This document shows, in pieces, positions 1 to 11,573 of a stretch of 64,000 nucleotides of DNA. The DNA comes from Squalus acanthias (Eukaryota), in the NCBI GenBank assembly GCA_030390025.1, contig CM059431.1:120654001-120718000 (forward strand), read 5' to 3'. Under the pieces are notes generated by a model, which did not search any database, was not told where the DNA came from, and saw only the letters and a list, made by a program, of their open reading frames with translations. Every line of letters starts with the position of its first letter. The first letter of the stretch is position 1. The translations under genes and the position numbers were made by a program.

Positions 1-1034
1 AGAAAATTACTCGGGGGCAAGAACTTTAAATTAAAAATTTGGAAACGTAAGCAAGATACTGTATTAAACTCAACTGAATTATTTCAGGTTAAGGTTAGAT
101 CCATGATCCAATGTAAGAGGAAGGAAAAAAAATCAGAAAAGTTTATCGACAGGCCATTATAAGCACTGTCTGCTTTGATTCGTTCAGATCCTGGCAAATC
201 CAATAACACAGTTTCCAAAATATGGTACTTTCCTTGTATTTCTGCTCAGGACTATCTGTGACAAGTCTGGGAAAAAAGCAGGGTTAATCCTACTAGGCTG
301 GATCAAGCAACAGAACGTGTGATTTTTTCTTCACCTTGCCCAATCACTTATTTGACTATATTTAAATCTAGCATTGAAAATTTCCACTGGTTCACATGGA
401 TGGAAGTTGCAATTTATCAGTCATATATATTTGCTGCATGGTTTGTTAATACGTCTGGGTGTGGGGTTTGGCTGATTTCCAGGCTTGCACACACGTGATT
501 AGTATGAGTGTACAAATTAAACATATAAGGGGATCAATTTTTCACCCAACATCGTGCATAATCCACGTCTAAACTGGGAAATAAAGACTGAAATCCTGTC
601 CACTGACCTCAATCAGTATATTTTTTTCACAATTTTATTTTAGGTAATCAGGGGTAATTTGGTTAGTGCTTGATTAAGGCGTGAAACGGGTGGTGTGACT
701 GCAGCACGTAACTGAAGAGGTCGGCCCGAGCATTTCTCGAGATTGGTCCTCATGTTTAATAATCGCAGTGAGCTGTCGGGGCCTGTCGTCCCTCCAGAAG
801 CAGTCGCAGGATCAACTTGGACCGGCTGCCTCATCATCAACTAAGTCCTGCCAGGGGAGAAGTATCGAAGGGGGAGAAGGATGGGCGGGGGATGATCGTG
901 GGATGGCAGAAACCTGCAATAGTGCTGTGGAGCCGCAAGGAGCACGCCTGCTTCCTCCAGCTTCACGTAGGTGTAAGTTTAAAAGAAAATTATTGACCTT
1001 TTTATCCGTGGCCTCCAGCGGTCCTTGAATCTAA

Positions 1035-1575
1035 TTTTCCTTTCGGAGATGCAATGGTCTCTGCTGCAACTGTTCCTTGTGACAAAGCATTCCATTTTCC
1101 ACCAACCCTCCATGCAAAAAATGTTCCTAACCCCTTTCCTTAGTCTCCTAATAATTTTAAATCAATGAGTCCTTGTCATGGACTCCCCAACCAGGAGAAA
1201 TAGTCTTTCCCTATTCACTCTATCAAAACCCGTCATATGTTTAAAACCCTCTATTAAATCCCATCTTAGCCTTTGCCAAGTCCCAGGACCTCAAGTATCT
1301 CCTCATAATTATAGTTTCCCAACCCTAACATCGTCTTGGTGAATCTGTGTTGTATGTGCTTGTAGTTTTAATGCCCTTTCTATAATGGGGCACACAAAAC
1401 TGCAAACAGTACTCACTCGAATTGTGAACTAACCAATATTTTGTACAGATGTCATTATTTCTATACACTTGTACCCCTGTTTATAAAACTCAGATGACAT
1501 TGGCTTGTTATGGCTTTACCTATCTGCACTGGCACTTTTAACCCCTAGGCCCCTCTGTTTATCTACACCCTTCAG
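1035..1575 (-). mobile_element. Degenerate CR1-clade LINE 3' fragment
   Basis: Resembles the better preserved CR1 3' ends at 11720-12252 and 14370-14850 (ccacc..ccctc...aaaaa..ttcct, gactcccc..ccagg.gaaa); boundaries approximate. Confidence 0.55.
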
Positions 1576-1628
1576 CGTCTTTACATAGTCTTTATATTCC
1601 CATTTATATTCCCACCACTGAAGGGTGT

Positions 1629-1765
1629 AGAGTTCTGACGAAGGGCCATCGACCTGAAACGTTAACTCTGTTTCTCTCTCCACAGATGCTGCCTGACCTG
1701 CTGAGTATTTCCAACATTTTCTGTTTTTATTTCAGATTTCCAGCATCCGCAGTATTTTGCTTTTG
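1629..1765 (+). mobile_element. Penelope-like element terminal repeat fragment with minimal hammerhead ribozyme
   Basis: agagtt-CTGACGA-agg.....cct-GAAAC-gtt-aactct: hammerhead core with stem I (agagtt/aactct) and palindromic AACGTT; same repeat flanks the GIY-YIG-type fragment at 45925-46753. Confidence 0.8.
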
Positions 1766-2287
1766 CCTAGGTCTTCCTGGATTGCTTGACTCAGTTACTC
1801 ATGAGCTAAACTCGCTGAGCTGACAGGAGAGTTACATTGGTTTAGATATCCCTACTTGAGGCTACGTTTTACTCAAAATGACATGCTTCTGCTGATAAGC
1901 CTGCTATCTGGAATGTCTTATTGAAGAAATGAATAGTGATTCTGCTTACCCTGCCCAAGCCACTGCTCCTACTGACTGATCCAGTATTAATTATACAAAA
2001 AGATAGGAAAGTCCACCCTGCCTGCCTGGGTGATGAAAAGTAGCTGATTGGATGCAAGGGAATAAAAATACATTCTAAAAATGAAATTACAATGCTGCGT
2101 GAGTCTGCTTGTCATTTGCCTGTATATGTAGCGTGGGCTATAAAGGGCTGAGAATCTGTAACCTTCAATAATTAGCATCCAGTTCAAATATAGATTACAA
2201 AATATTTTTGATATACATTTAAAAAATAAGTTGCAGTATTCCAGTTGCATTGGAAAATGTATAGTTTTGCATCAGTTAATGGAACAC

Positions 2288-3726
2288 AGAGGGGGAGATG
2301 GAGCATTGCAGCAAGGAAGATCGAGAAGAGCGTTGGTGCGATGACACAGCCTTGCTTGACCCCGGTTCGTACGTGAATTGGGTCTGTGGTGGAACCGTTG
2401 GTCAGGATCACTGCTTGCATGTCGTCGTGAAGCTGGCGGAGATGGTGACAAACTTTTGAGGGCAGCCGAATTTGCGGAGGACACTCCATAATCCCTCACG
2501 GTTGACAGTGTCGAAGGCCTTTGTGAGATCAAAGAAGGCCATGTACAGCGGTTGGTGCTGTTCCCTGCATTTCTCTTGTAATTGGCGTGCGGTGAAGATC
2601 ATGTCCATTGTGCCCTCAGTAAGCTCCCCGCTGGAGTGGAGCTAATTTACAGAACAAACGGGAAACTGTTCAACCTCCGTCGCCTCCAGTCCACATCCAA
2701 AGTCGTCCCATCCTCTGTCGTCGAATTACAGTATGCAGACGATGCTTGCGTCTGCGCTCACTCGGAGGTCGAACTCCAAACCATCGTCAACACCTTCACC
2801 GAAGCGTACGAGAGCATGGGCCTTACACTAAACATCCGTAAGACAAAGGTCCTCTACCAACCTGCCCCCACCACACAGTACTGCCCCCCGATTATCAAAA
2901 TCAACGACAAGGCCTTGGACAACGTGGACCACTTTCCATACCTCGGGAACCTACTGTCAACAAGGGCAGACGTCGACGACGAAGTCCAACACCACCTTCA
3001 GTGTGCCAGTGCAGCATTCGGTCGCCTGAGGAAGAGAGTGTTTGAAGACCAGGACCTCAAACCTGGCACTAAGCTCATGGTCTACAGAGCAGCAGTGATA
3101 ACCGCCCTGCTGTATGCCTCAGAGACATGGACCATGTACAGCAGGCACCTCAAAGCACTGGAGAGGTACCACCAACGCTGCCTCCGCAAGATCCTGCAAA
3201 TCCATTGGCAGGATAGACGCACCAACGTCAGTGATCTTGCTCAGGCCAACATCCCCAGCATCGAAGCTTTGACCACGCTCAATCAGCTCCGATGGACGGG
3301 TCACATCGTTCGTATGCCCGATACGAGACTCCCAAAACAAGCGCTCTACTCGGAGCTCCGGCACGGCAAGAGAGCCCCAGGTGGGCAGAGGAATCGCTTC
3401 AAGGACACCCTCAAAGCCTCCTTGAAAAAGTATAACATCCCCACCGACACCTGGGAATCCCTGGCCCAAGACCGCACAAAGTGGAGGAGAAGCATCCGGG
3501 AAGGCGCTGAACACCTCGAGTCTCTTCGCTGGGAGCAGGCGGAAGCCAAGCGCAGGCAGCGCAAGGAGCGCACGTCAACCCAAGCACCCCACCCACCTGC
3601 TCCTTCAACCACCGTCTGCCCCACCTGTGACAGAGACTGTAGGTCCCGCATTGGACTCATCAGTCACCTGAGAACTCATTTTTAATGTGGAAGCAAGTCA
3701 TCCTCGGTTCCGAGGGACTGCCTAAG
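2288..3726 (+). mobile_element. 5'-truncated RTE-clade LINE with inverted 5' segment
   Basis: Minus-strand 2297-2612 encodes RT motifs (MDMIFTARQLQEKCREQ, FFDLTKAFDTV, GVKQGCVIAP); plus strand from about 2618 continues the same protein; flanked by TSD aatggaacac (2278-2287 and 3727-3736). Confidence 0.92.
2618..3685 (+). CDS. RTE LINE reverse transcriptase C-terminal half (5'-truncated, no true start)
   Basis: Open frame with QYADD, FPYLG and LLYASETW motifs and C-terminal CPTC...SHLRTH zinc finger typical of RTE ORFs. Confidence 0.9.
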   Translation, partial: SKLPAGVELIYRTNGKLFNLRRLQSTSKVVPSSVVELQYADDACVCAHSEVELQTIVNTFTEAYESMGLTLNIRKTKVLYQPAPTTQYCPPIIKINDKALDNVDHFPYLGNLLSTRADVDDEVQHHLQCASAAFGRLRKRVFEDQDLKPGTKLMVYRAAVITALLYASETWTMYSRHLKALERYHQRCLRKILQIHWQDRRTNVSDLAQANIPSIEALTTLNQLRWTGHIVRMPDTRLPKQALYSELRHGKRAPGGQRNRFKDTLKASLKKYNIPTDTWESLAQDRTKWRRSIREGAEHLESLRWEQAEAKRRQRKERTSTQAPHPPAPSTTVCPTCDRDCRSRIGLISHLRTHF

Positions 3727-6400
3727 AATGGAACACTGGAGTAAAAATGTACAATGCAGCAGAATAATTACATTGTTCTGGGTACTGATGTTGACATTCC
3801 AGGTGATAAATACAAGCAGACTGCTAAAAGCTTCTGCCAACCTCACTTAACTTTATATCAGAACCTCGAAGCTACTTTCCCTGCACATACTTGTGACCTG
3901 TGTCACAGTCAATGACATCCCCAAGGTAACTGCAGCAGCAGCAATATGTTAGGACCAGTATACTCACCACTTACAGCAACCAGCACAATTTGTAAAACTA
4001 ATTTGTTCAACAAATTGCATGCTGGAAATTAATTTTTAGAGAAATGCCATATATTGCACAACAATTTTCTCTCAAAATCTAAGCAGATCCGCACTAGGCT
4101 GAATTGTTCCTGGTAAGGGAAATCCTGTTATAACTGTGCCTACAGGGATTCTGCAGCAAAAGAAGAAAAATTCTAAAGCAAGGATTACCGAATTCTAACT
4201 ACAATTTTATAAATCTTGCACCAAAGAATGCAGAAATATATTAACTTTATCTGGTAAAGTAATGTAATCATGGCTGTGTTAGCCTAGAAATTCGATAACA
4301 CGTGGTGCCAAAGCAACCAATATGGCAGGCAGCATGCAGGGTCACATTCTGAGCCGGAAGTGCGAGGCCCGCCATATTGGTATAGGTATTGAGAGGCAAC
4401 CAGTACCCGCACCTGAAACAGGCATTAGGCCCTTTGCCTATGCCAATAAGAGGCCTCACATCTGTTTGATGCTTCCTTTACCAAAGTGGTTTGCCCTGAA
4501 TGCAGCTAGCGCCGGGCCGGCTGCGTTCAGGAAAACCAGGCCTACATGCGGCCTAACCAGTGGTCCTTAAAAGGACTGCTCTAGGCCGCCACCAGAAATG
4601 GTAAACTTTTAAAAAGTACTGACCTGAATATGGAGCCAGAAGGTGTACGAGTGCTCAGCAGGCCACTGCAAACCAATTTCTAGGTCATTAACTTTTATTA
4701 GAAAAAAGACAGAAAGACACATTTAGAGAGTTATGTTATTTCTCTATATAACTTTCAATGCTGCCATCTCTTACCTTTTGTCTTTCTATGCTTTCTAATA
4801 TCCCTTCTTTTCTGTTCACATCTCCATTTGATCTCGTTGACTCTCATTTGGCACTTCTTACCCATGCTCCTTTGCTGAGGAGAGACCATTTTATATGTAT
4901 ATATAATCTCTATTTATATAAAACTCTTGCATGTCTCACCTCAGAAATAGTTGTCATACATTACCTTGTCACACCACAAAAATATCTTTCAGGTTAAAAA
5001 AAATCATGATTAGCTCAAATATCCTATTGATAAAAGACCAATCACAAATCACTAATTATTATGTGAACAATGCTAATTGGACAAAATTCACTATCAGGTA
5101 AGTAAAAGCTACCAATTAGCAAAAAGCAACCACCACAAAATAAATCAATCAACATTTCCAAAACTAACCAATCACTACTTCCATTTACCAAACAAATAAA
5201 AAAACCAGCAACCACAGTCAGCAACTAGTAAACACTAGAAAAATAGACAAATCAATTCATCAAAATACTTTTTCACAGCCATTTTGGCAGCCATGTTTTT
5301 TACCAACACATTGCATTCTATATCTCCGACAATTATATTTTAACATAAATATATATAATCATTACTTTTAAACAATCACTAAACTTACTCATTGTGGGTT
5401 AGAATTCTCAGACTAGTTTCTGCTGCACAAGCCTATCTCCCTCTCTGGGACCTGGTGATTGAATACTCTATCAGAGATAAAAGTTCATTTCTGTCTACCT
5501 TGGCAGTATTTCTTAGGCTCCACGCATCTGCAAGTTTATGTTTTACATTACAATAGTGAAACAGTGCTTCCTCTATTGACTTGTGATCAAAAGAAAGTAC
5601 ACACATTGTTTGCCATTGGGTGGTGGTACTAGACTGAGTGCCACAATATCGATAGAGAGAACGTAAGGAATTCAGGCTTCAGTTTCTGAGCTCTGTCTAT
5701 AACTTGATGGTAGGCCATGGGTTCAGGAGAGCATACAAAGAGTTACACAGCCAGACGTGGAATTGGAGTACAGAGATAGCCAGGGGAGGTCATGCCCAGC
5801 ATGGGACAGGTAATCGGGAAGGAGAAGGAGGACCCAGGAGTGCAACAATAAATAGCACTGAGAGAGAGGAAATTTTAAGTTTGTTCTCCCATCCAATGCT
5901 ACAGGAGATTAACTGGTGCAATTTAAGATATTGCTACCAAAATCTCGACTCAGATTAATACTGAAACCATTCCACATATTTGTGACTGGATCCAGGCATT
6001 AAATTAAAATCAGGCTCCACTTTTTGGAAATGAATATTCTGCAACTGTTGCCATCATTACGGGGTCAAATACACATGTTCCCTGGAGACTACAATCATTA
6101 AAAAAAAACTATTAAACCTTACAGGTAGAATTAAGGATCTGCACATTCAGAAACATCTGGTAAGGACATTAAGAATAAGGGAATATAAATATTAAGAGGG
6201 ATAAATTGTGAATGTGAATAGTTTGAGGATATGGATATTAGGAAGCTTGATGCATGAAAATTATAGGTTAAAGGGTGGACATTAAGAGCTTGAATGTACA
6301 AAACACACCCTGAGCGCATTCAGGATGTGGCTATTTTCATAATGTATCACTGAAGGGATTTTGTAACTAAGTTAATAACTTAATTGCATTAAAACATGTG

Positions 6401-7072
6401 GGGGAGACTTTCGGGTTGGGCACTGAATGGGCATGATATTCATGGTACGACTGTGGCGCCCGGACTGTCGGGAGATCCAAACCACATTCAGGCTCAGGCC
6501 ACATTAAAACTTTTCAGCGAGCTGTGAGCACCAAATGGGAGCTCCACTACAATTTACTGGTCTGTCCAGGAGCAACACCAGCTGGCTGGTAGGTAACGCC
6601 TGTTGGAACAAGCATATGTCTGGTGGGTGGGAGGGGCGGGGAGAATGAAAACAGGCCGGTAGCAGGCCAGAAGATTATCGTGGAGGCCAGAGAAAGACTT
6701 TTGACTCTCCGAACCACACAAAATACTTTAAAAAACTACCTTTTGAAAGAGGCTTCCATCGGCCTTTTTCGGGACAACAGGTTCGGCCTCTTAACAGCTG
6801 GAGAAAGTGAGATTAGCCTGTGCTGTGCATGCTTTGCACATTTCTTCTTGAAAGTTGCGGTCGTGGTACCACAACAGGCGTAGTACCCCATTTTGCATAC
6901 TTAAAGGACCTCCCACCTGTTTTGGGCAGGAATGCTGGATGCCCATTTAAAGGCCTGCCTGAAAGTAAATTCAGGTGGGCAAATGGGTGCACAAGGACCC
7001 CAGCAGATTTTCAACTGCAGGTCACCCATTTTTCAGGCAAGAAAGGGACAGCTGGCTGGTGAAAGCCACCCC
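6401..7072. mobile_element. MITE / non-autonomous DNA transposon (Harbinger-like termini)
   Basis: Imperfect TIRs ggggagactttc ... gaaagccacccc; no coding capacity. Confidence 0.55.
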
Positions 7073-7391
7073 ATAATGAATAAATCTTTACTGCATGCAA
7101 GGTAAATTAAGCAACCTCAGTTCCACATCAAAGAACTGGCTACTAGATTTACCACTATTTTTAAAGGTTATTAGATGTCTAAAATGTCAGCTGACAACTA
7201 AACTGTATTACATTAATCAGTATAGAGTGTATGCACAGTTACACAAACCAGTGCGTTTTGGGGACATAGTATATTATTGAGGGAATGACATAACCTCTTC
7301 TTGCCAAAATCATCAAAGATGGAGTCAGATACTGACATCTATGAGGTAACATTACTTTATTAACAAGTCTATGATAATATGAGTAATATTA

Positions 7392-7716
7392 TTTCCCTTA
7401 GCAGAGAGGTCAATAACCAGGGGGCATAGATTTAAAGTAATTTGTAGAAGGATTAGAGGGGAGTTGAGGAGAACTTTTTTCACCCAGAGGATGGTGGGGG
7501 TCTGGAATTCGCTGCCTGAAAGAGTGTTAGAGGCAGAAACCCTCATCACATTTAAAAAGTACTTGGATATGCACTTGAAGTGCCGTAACCTACAGGACTA
7601 TGGACCAAGAGATGGAAAGTGGGATCATACTGGACAGCTCTTTTTCGGTCAGCACAGACACGATGGGCCTGAATGGCCTCCTTCTGTGCCATAAATTTCT
7701 ATGATTCTATGATTAT
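7392..7716 (+). mobile_element. CR1 LINE 3' end
   Basis: RRTFFTQRMVGVWNSLPERVLEA C-terminal motif, 3' UTR gatgggcctgaatggcctccttctgtg and (tctatgat)n tail. Confidence 0.88.
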
Positions 7717-7766
7717 AAGATCAAGCTTTAAGCATTTGGTAGATATAATTCATTGACAGAATTTAA

Positions 7767-9504
7767 GGCCGGGATTTTGCTGACCTCGGCGGGTCTGGGG
7801 CGGGTGACGGCGGTGGCGGGTCCCGTCCCCGCTGCTGGCTCCATCCCGCTGTTGAAAATGATTTTCCCTTGATAGGGCTTGTTAAGCCCACCCAGCACGT
7901 TTGCTGGTCCAATTAGAGAAAGCGTGACGTCATTTCATGATGCGTCATCAGCCGGTTTCCTTATAGGGACCATGGCCAACTTTATTTTGACATTGTGTTC
8001 TATAGCATTGAGGTGCTGCAAACACTGACAAGCACTGCACAGAGGTGCAGGGCTACACCCAGGCTCTCCCATGACTCCCTCCATATGCTTATGGAGGGAG
8101 TCACAGCACACAGGGAGGTCGTCTTCCCTTCCTATGGGTGAAAGAGACCTCCCCAGGAGATCAACACAGCCTGGTTTCTCATTGCACAGGAGGGCACAAG
8201 CAGGGATGTCGTCAGGAGGACCTGGCTGCAGTGGCACAAACCTTTCAATGATCTCAGTAGATCACGAAAGGTTAGTAAAAAGCCACACTCAGCTTCATCC
8301 TGCTGTGCCTCTTATCACATCCCCATCACTCTGTCTTCCCTGCCCTACTCTTGCACATCCTTATTCACACCAATTTACCTTGCACCTCCACCCATCCCTC
8401 TCTATCTACATTATCACATCCCCATCTCGCCAGTCACCCCTCACACTCACCCTCATCCTAATGCAATCATACCAGCTAACAACACAGAAGGGAAGTCACT
8501 TGGGTGTTTTATGCAATGTTCGTATGAAGTTTCTGTTAACGTGGTGTCAAACATTGAAACCTTTATTTTCAACACTTTCCATTCTTGGACAGATTTGTGT
8601 GCACCTTTGGAAGTGTCTTAGTGAGTTGCAGTGAATGGTGAGACATAACGGTACCCCCGCAATGGTGGTGAGTGTGAAAGGAATGGCTTGGAAATTGTAG
8701 GGGTGCTTTAGGGTGTTGGTGTGGGGTGGTGCCAACCTGGCACATCATGTGGCAGCCAGGGTGTACAGCGTCAAGTTGAAGTAAATGTGGCCATGGTGAG
8801 GCCATCCCTGGCGTCCCGGCAGCAATGTGGTCGGGTGCTGATGGCTTCTGTCCTGTGCAGCATCAGGTGATTGCGGAGAAGGTTGGTGTTGTTGTTGGCG
8901 CTGCTGGTGTTGGGGCTGATCGTGGTTGGATTCTGAGTACCAAGGTGAGAGAGTATAAAGGGCACCCATGTTGATGGTATAGATGGCAGGTGAAATAGAG
9001 ATGACAGAAGCAATCTGTCAATGGTGAGAGAGTTCTTCCAATGAGGTGATACTGGATGAAGAGTGGAAAGTGGAAAGTCTGCAGAATCTGTGCTGGTAAT
9101 GAACTGAGGTACAGCTTGTAGCTGAGGAAGGTGATGATCTGTCAGGTGGGAGCTTTTACTGTACATTTGAAGCTATCAAGTAATCAGCTGGAGCAATGGC
9201 CTCTGAACTCCCGCCTCAGGTTGACAGCCATGGTCCCCGAACAGTGTGGTTCCCGTGGCCATGAAGTTAAAGTGAAAAGGTAAGTTAAAAAAGCCTGTTA
9301 ATGATCTGTCGACTAGATGTTAATGAGATTAATTGGGTCCCCGCCGCTGCCTGTCAGGTCTGCTCAGCGTTGACAGACCCAACATTGGGGAAAGGTGCGT
9401 GGTGGCGGGTTGACAGCGGGGTCCCGACCCGCTGTAAAAAAAAACGTTTTCCCACCCGACCCACCACCGATCCCGTATGCTAGCCCCCCGGGAAAATTAC
9501 AGCC
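7767..9504 (+). mobile_element. Non-autonomous PIF/Harbinger element with Myb/SANT exon-1 remnant
   Basis: TAA TSD (7764-7766, 9505-9507); TIRs GGCCGGGATTTTGC / rc GGCTGTAATTTTCC; degenerate Myb/SANT exon at about 8050-8270; homologous to 11574-13779 and 43591-45196. Confidence 0.85.
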
Positions 9505-9540
9505 TAAATCTTTACTAGCTGAAGCCAAGTTTAAGCATAA

Positions 9541-9890
9541 CAGCAACAACTTGCGTTTATATAGCGTTTTTAATGTAGTAAAATGTCCCGGGGCGCTTCA
9601 CAGTAGCGTTATCAAACAAAGTTTGACACCGAACCCCATAAGGAGATATTAGGACAGGTGACCAAAAACATGGTCGAATTGGTAGGTTTTATGGAGTGTT
9701 GTAAAGTAGGAGAGAGAGGTAGAGAGGTAGAGGTGTAGGGAGGGAATTTCAGAGCTTAGGGCCCAGACAGCTGAAGGCATGGCTGCCAATGGTGGAGCAA
9801 TTAAAATCAGGGATGCTCAAGTGGCCAGAATTGGAAGAGCGCAGAGATCTCGGAGGGTTGTAGTGCTGGAAGAGGTTACAGGGATAGGGC
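9541..9890 (-). mobile_element. L2-clade LINE 3' fragment
   Basis: Minus-strand peptide PPRSLRSSNSG..STIGSHAFSCLGPKL, L2-type 3' UTR ending gctatataaacgcaagttgttg. Confidence 0.8.
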
Positions 9891-11573
9891 ATTGGATGGG
9901 TTTTACTTAATACTCTCAATATCCAAGAGAAACATTGGCCTTGAATTTTATGGGGGGATCGGGACGTGTGCTCATGAGCCCGACAGAAGGCTGTGCACCT
10001 GGACAGGTCGGGGGCATGGAGGCCCTGCCGATCTCTGCCAGTGGGTGGGAGCGGGAATTTGGCCGCAGCCAGAGACCCGTGGGAATGACCCCTAGCAGTC
10101 AATGGGTGGATTGGTTCCAGGGCAATCGCAGAGGTCAGGGAGGGCTGGGGATCCGCGTTGCATGATTGGAGGTCCGGGAGGGCTGGGGATTCCCTTTTTG
10201 TGATTGGCGGTTGGGGAGAGCTGGGGATTCAAGCTGTGTGATCAGGAGAGGCTGCAGCTGGGAAGGCCTAAGGATCCCGTTGAGGAGCCTGAGAGGAGCT
10301 CTCCTACTCCTCCACAAGGAGTTCAAAGAGAAGGAAGGTTTTAGAACTTACCTTGGCCTTTCCAGCTAGTCGGATCCTTCCGCCATGTTTCTGCTGCCAG
10401 GCAACAGACAATACGAGACTATCCCTACCTTGACGTTCATATTATGTCACAGCACCGATGACATCTTAAGTAGGCCCGGCTTGCTTTTAGGGGGATCCTC
10501 CTCGAGGGCTTGAATCACCACCATTAACATTATGGCGGTCGGGAACCCACCAAGTTGGAGGCGGGATTTGGAATTTCAAGATTATAACCCCTCACCCAAC
10601 CGTTTCCTGCCCATTTGGGAGCGGGTGGAGGTTAGGGGTATAGAGTTGGAAAGGCTATTTTATGGTTAGATTCCCTGTATAACTGACAGGTTAATAGCTT
10701 TGGATAACAAATGTGTCCAGGTATGTTTAAAGTTTATTTCACCATATTGCTGATAAACTACAGGCCACTGTGGTAGGGTTGGGTGGCTCTGCCTCCCTCT
10801 GGAACACTTGGGTTTATCTCTGGACATCTGCAGGTTAATCTTTGTCTATAATCATATTATTCCTCCCTTCTTATGTCATTTTTTCTCCTGGTATATTCAG
10901 CCTTGCATAGATGTTGATATCTAGACTGTGGATAATTTCAAACACTTGTCTCTGTTCTCAGAATCTGGAACAGTTATATAAGTATGGTGCACTTTAAATT
11001 TTTGATTCTGTGACTAACCTTTTAAATAAAGCCTTCCCTTTGATTCCAAGGCCTGCTCATTTTTACACTTTGATTTCATAAAGATAAGACCACTTTTCCC
11101 ACCACGCATGGGTGGACCAACCATGATGATCCATCTTGTCAGAAGGTTTTACTTTTTAAGTGTCACTAACATTTGAGGAAATTTTCATGGCTAGATTCCA
11201 ACTAGATAATGAACGTCAAGCCATTCAAAATTATTCAACACCCTTTCTGTCACAACGCAAGCATGGTATTATTGGCTACAAGTTGTTTTTTCAGGAAACC
11301 TCTCAGGTATTCTTTATCACTTCAGACAACATGGCTGTCCTTTCGGTAACTTTGGCAATCTGGACTTTTTGCTTCAGCTATTATTAGAAACATCTGCTAA
11401 TTCGAAGGGCCCCTCATTCTAAGGGCACTATCCCAGAATTCTTAGCATTAACCCTTTGGATTTTCTCAGAGATTTAAAACACCACTATTTGGGTCACTTA
11501 AATGACTACTTTTAGGTAACATTTTAACACAATTTACTAATTGAGTTCGTTACTGACTGAATCTAATCATTAA

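Noticed and set aside
5040..5340. A/C-skewed low-complexity tract
   Set aside because: No periodic unit, TSD or coding signal that supports a specific call
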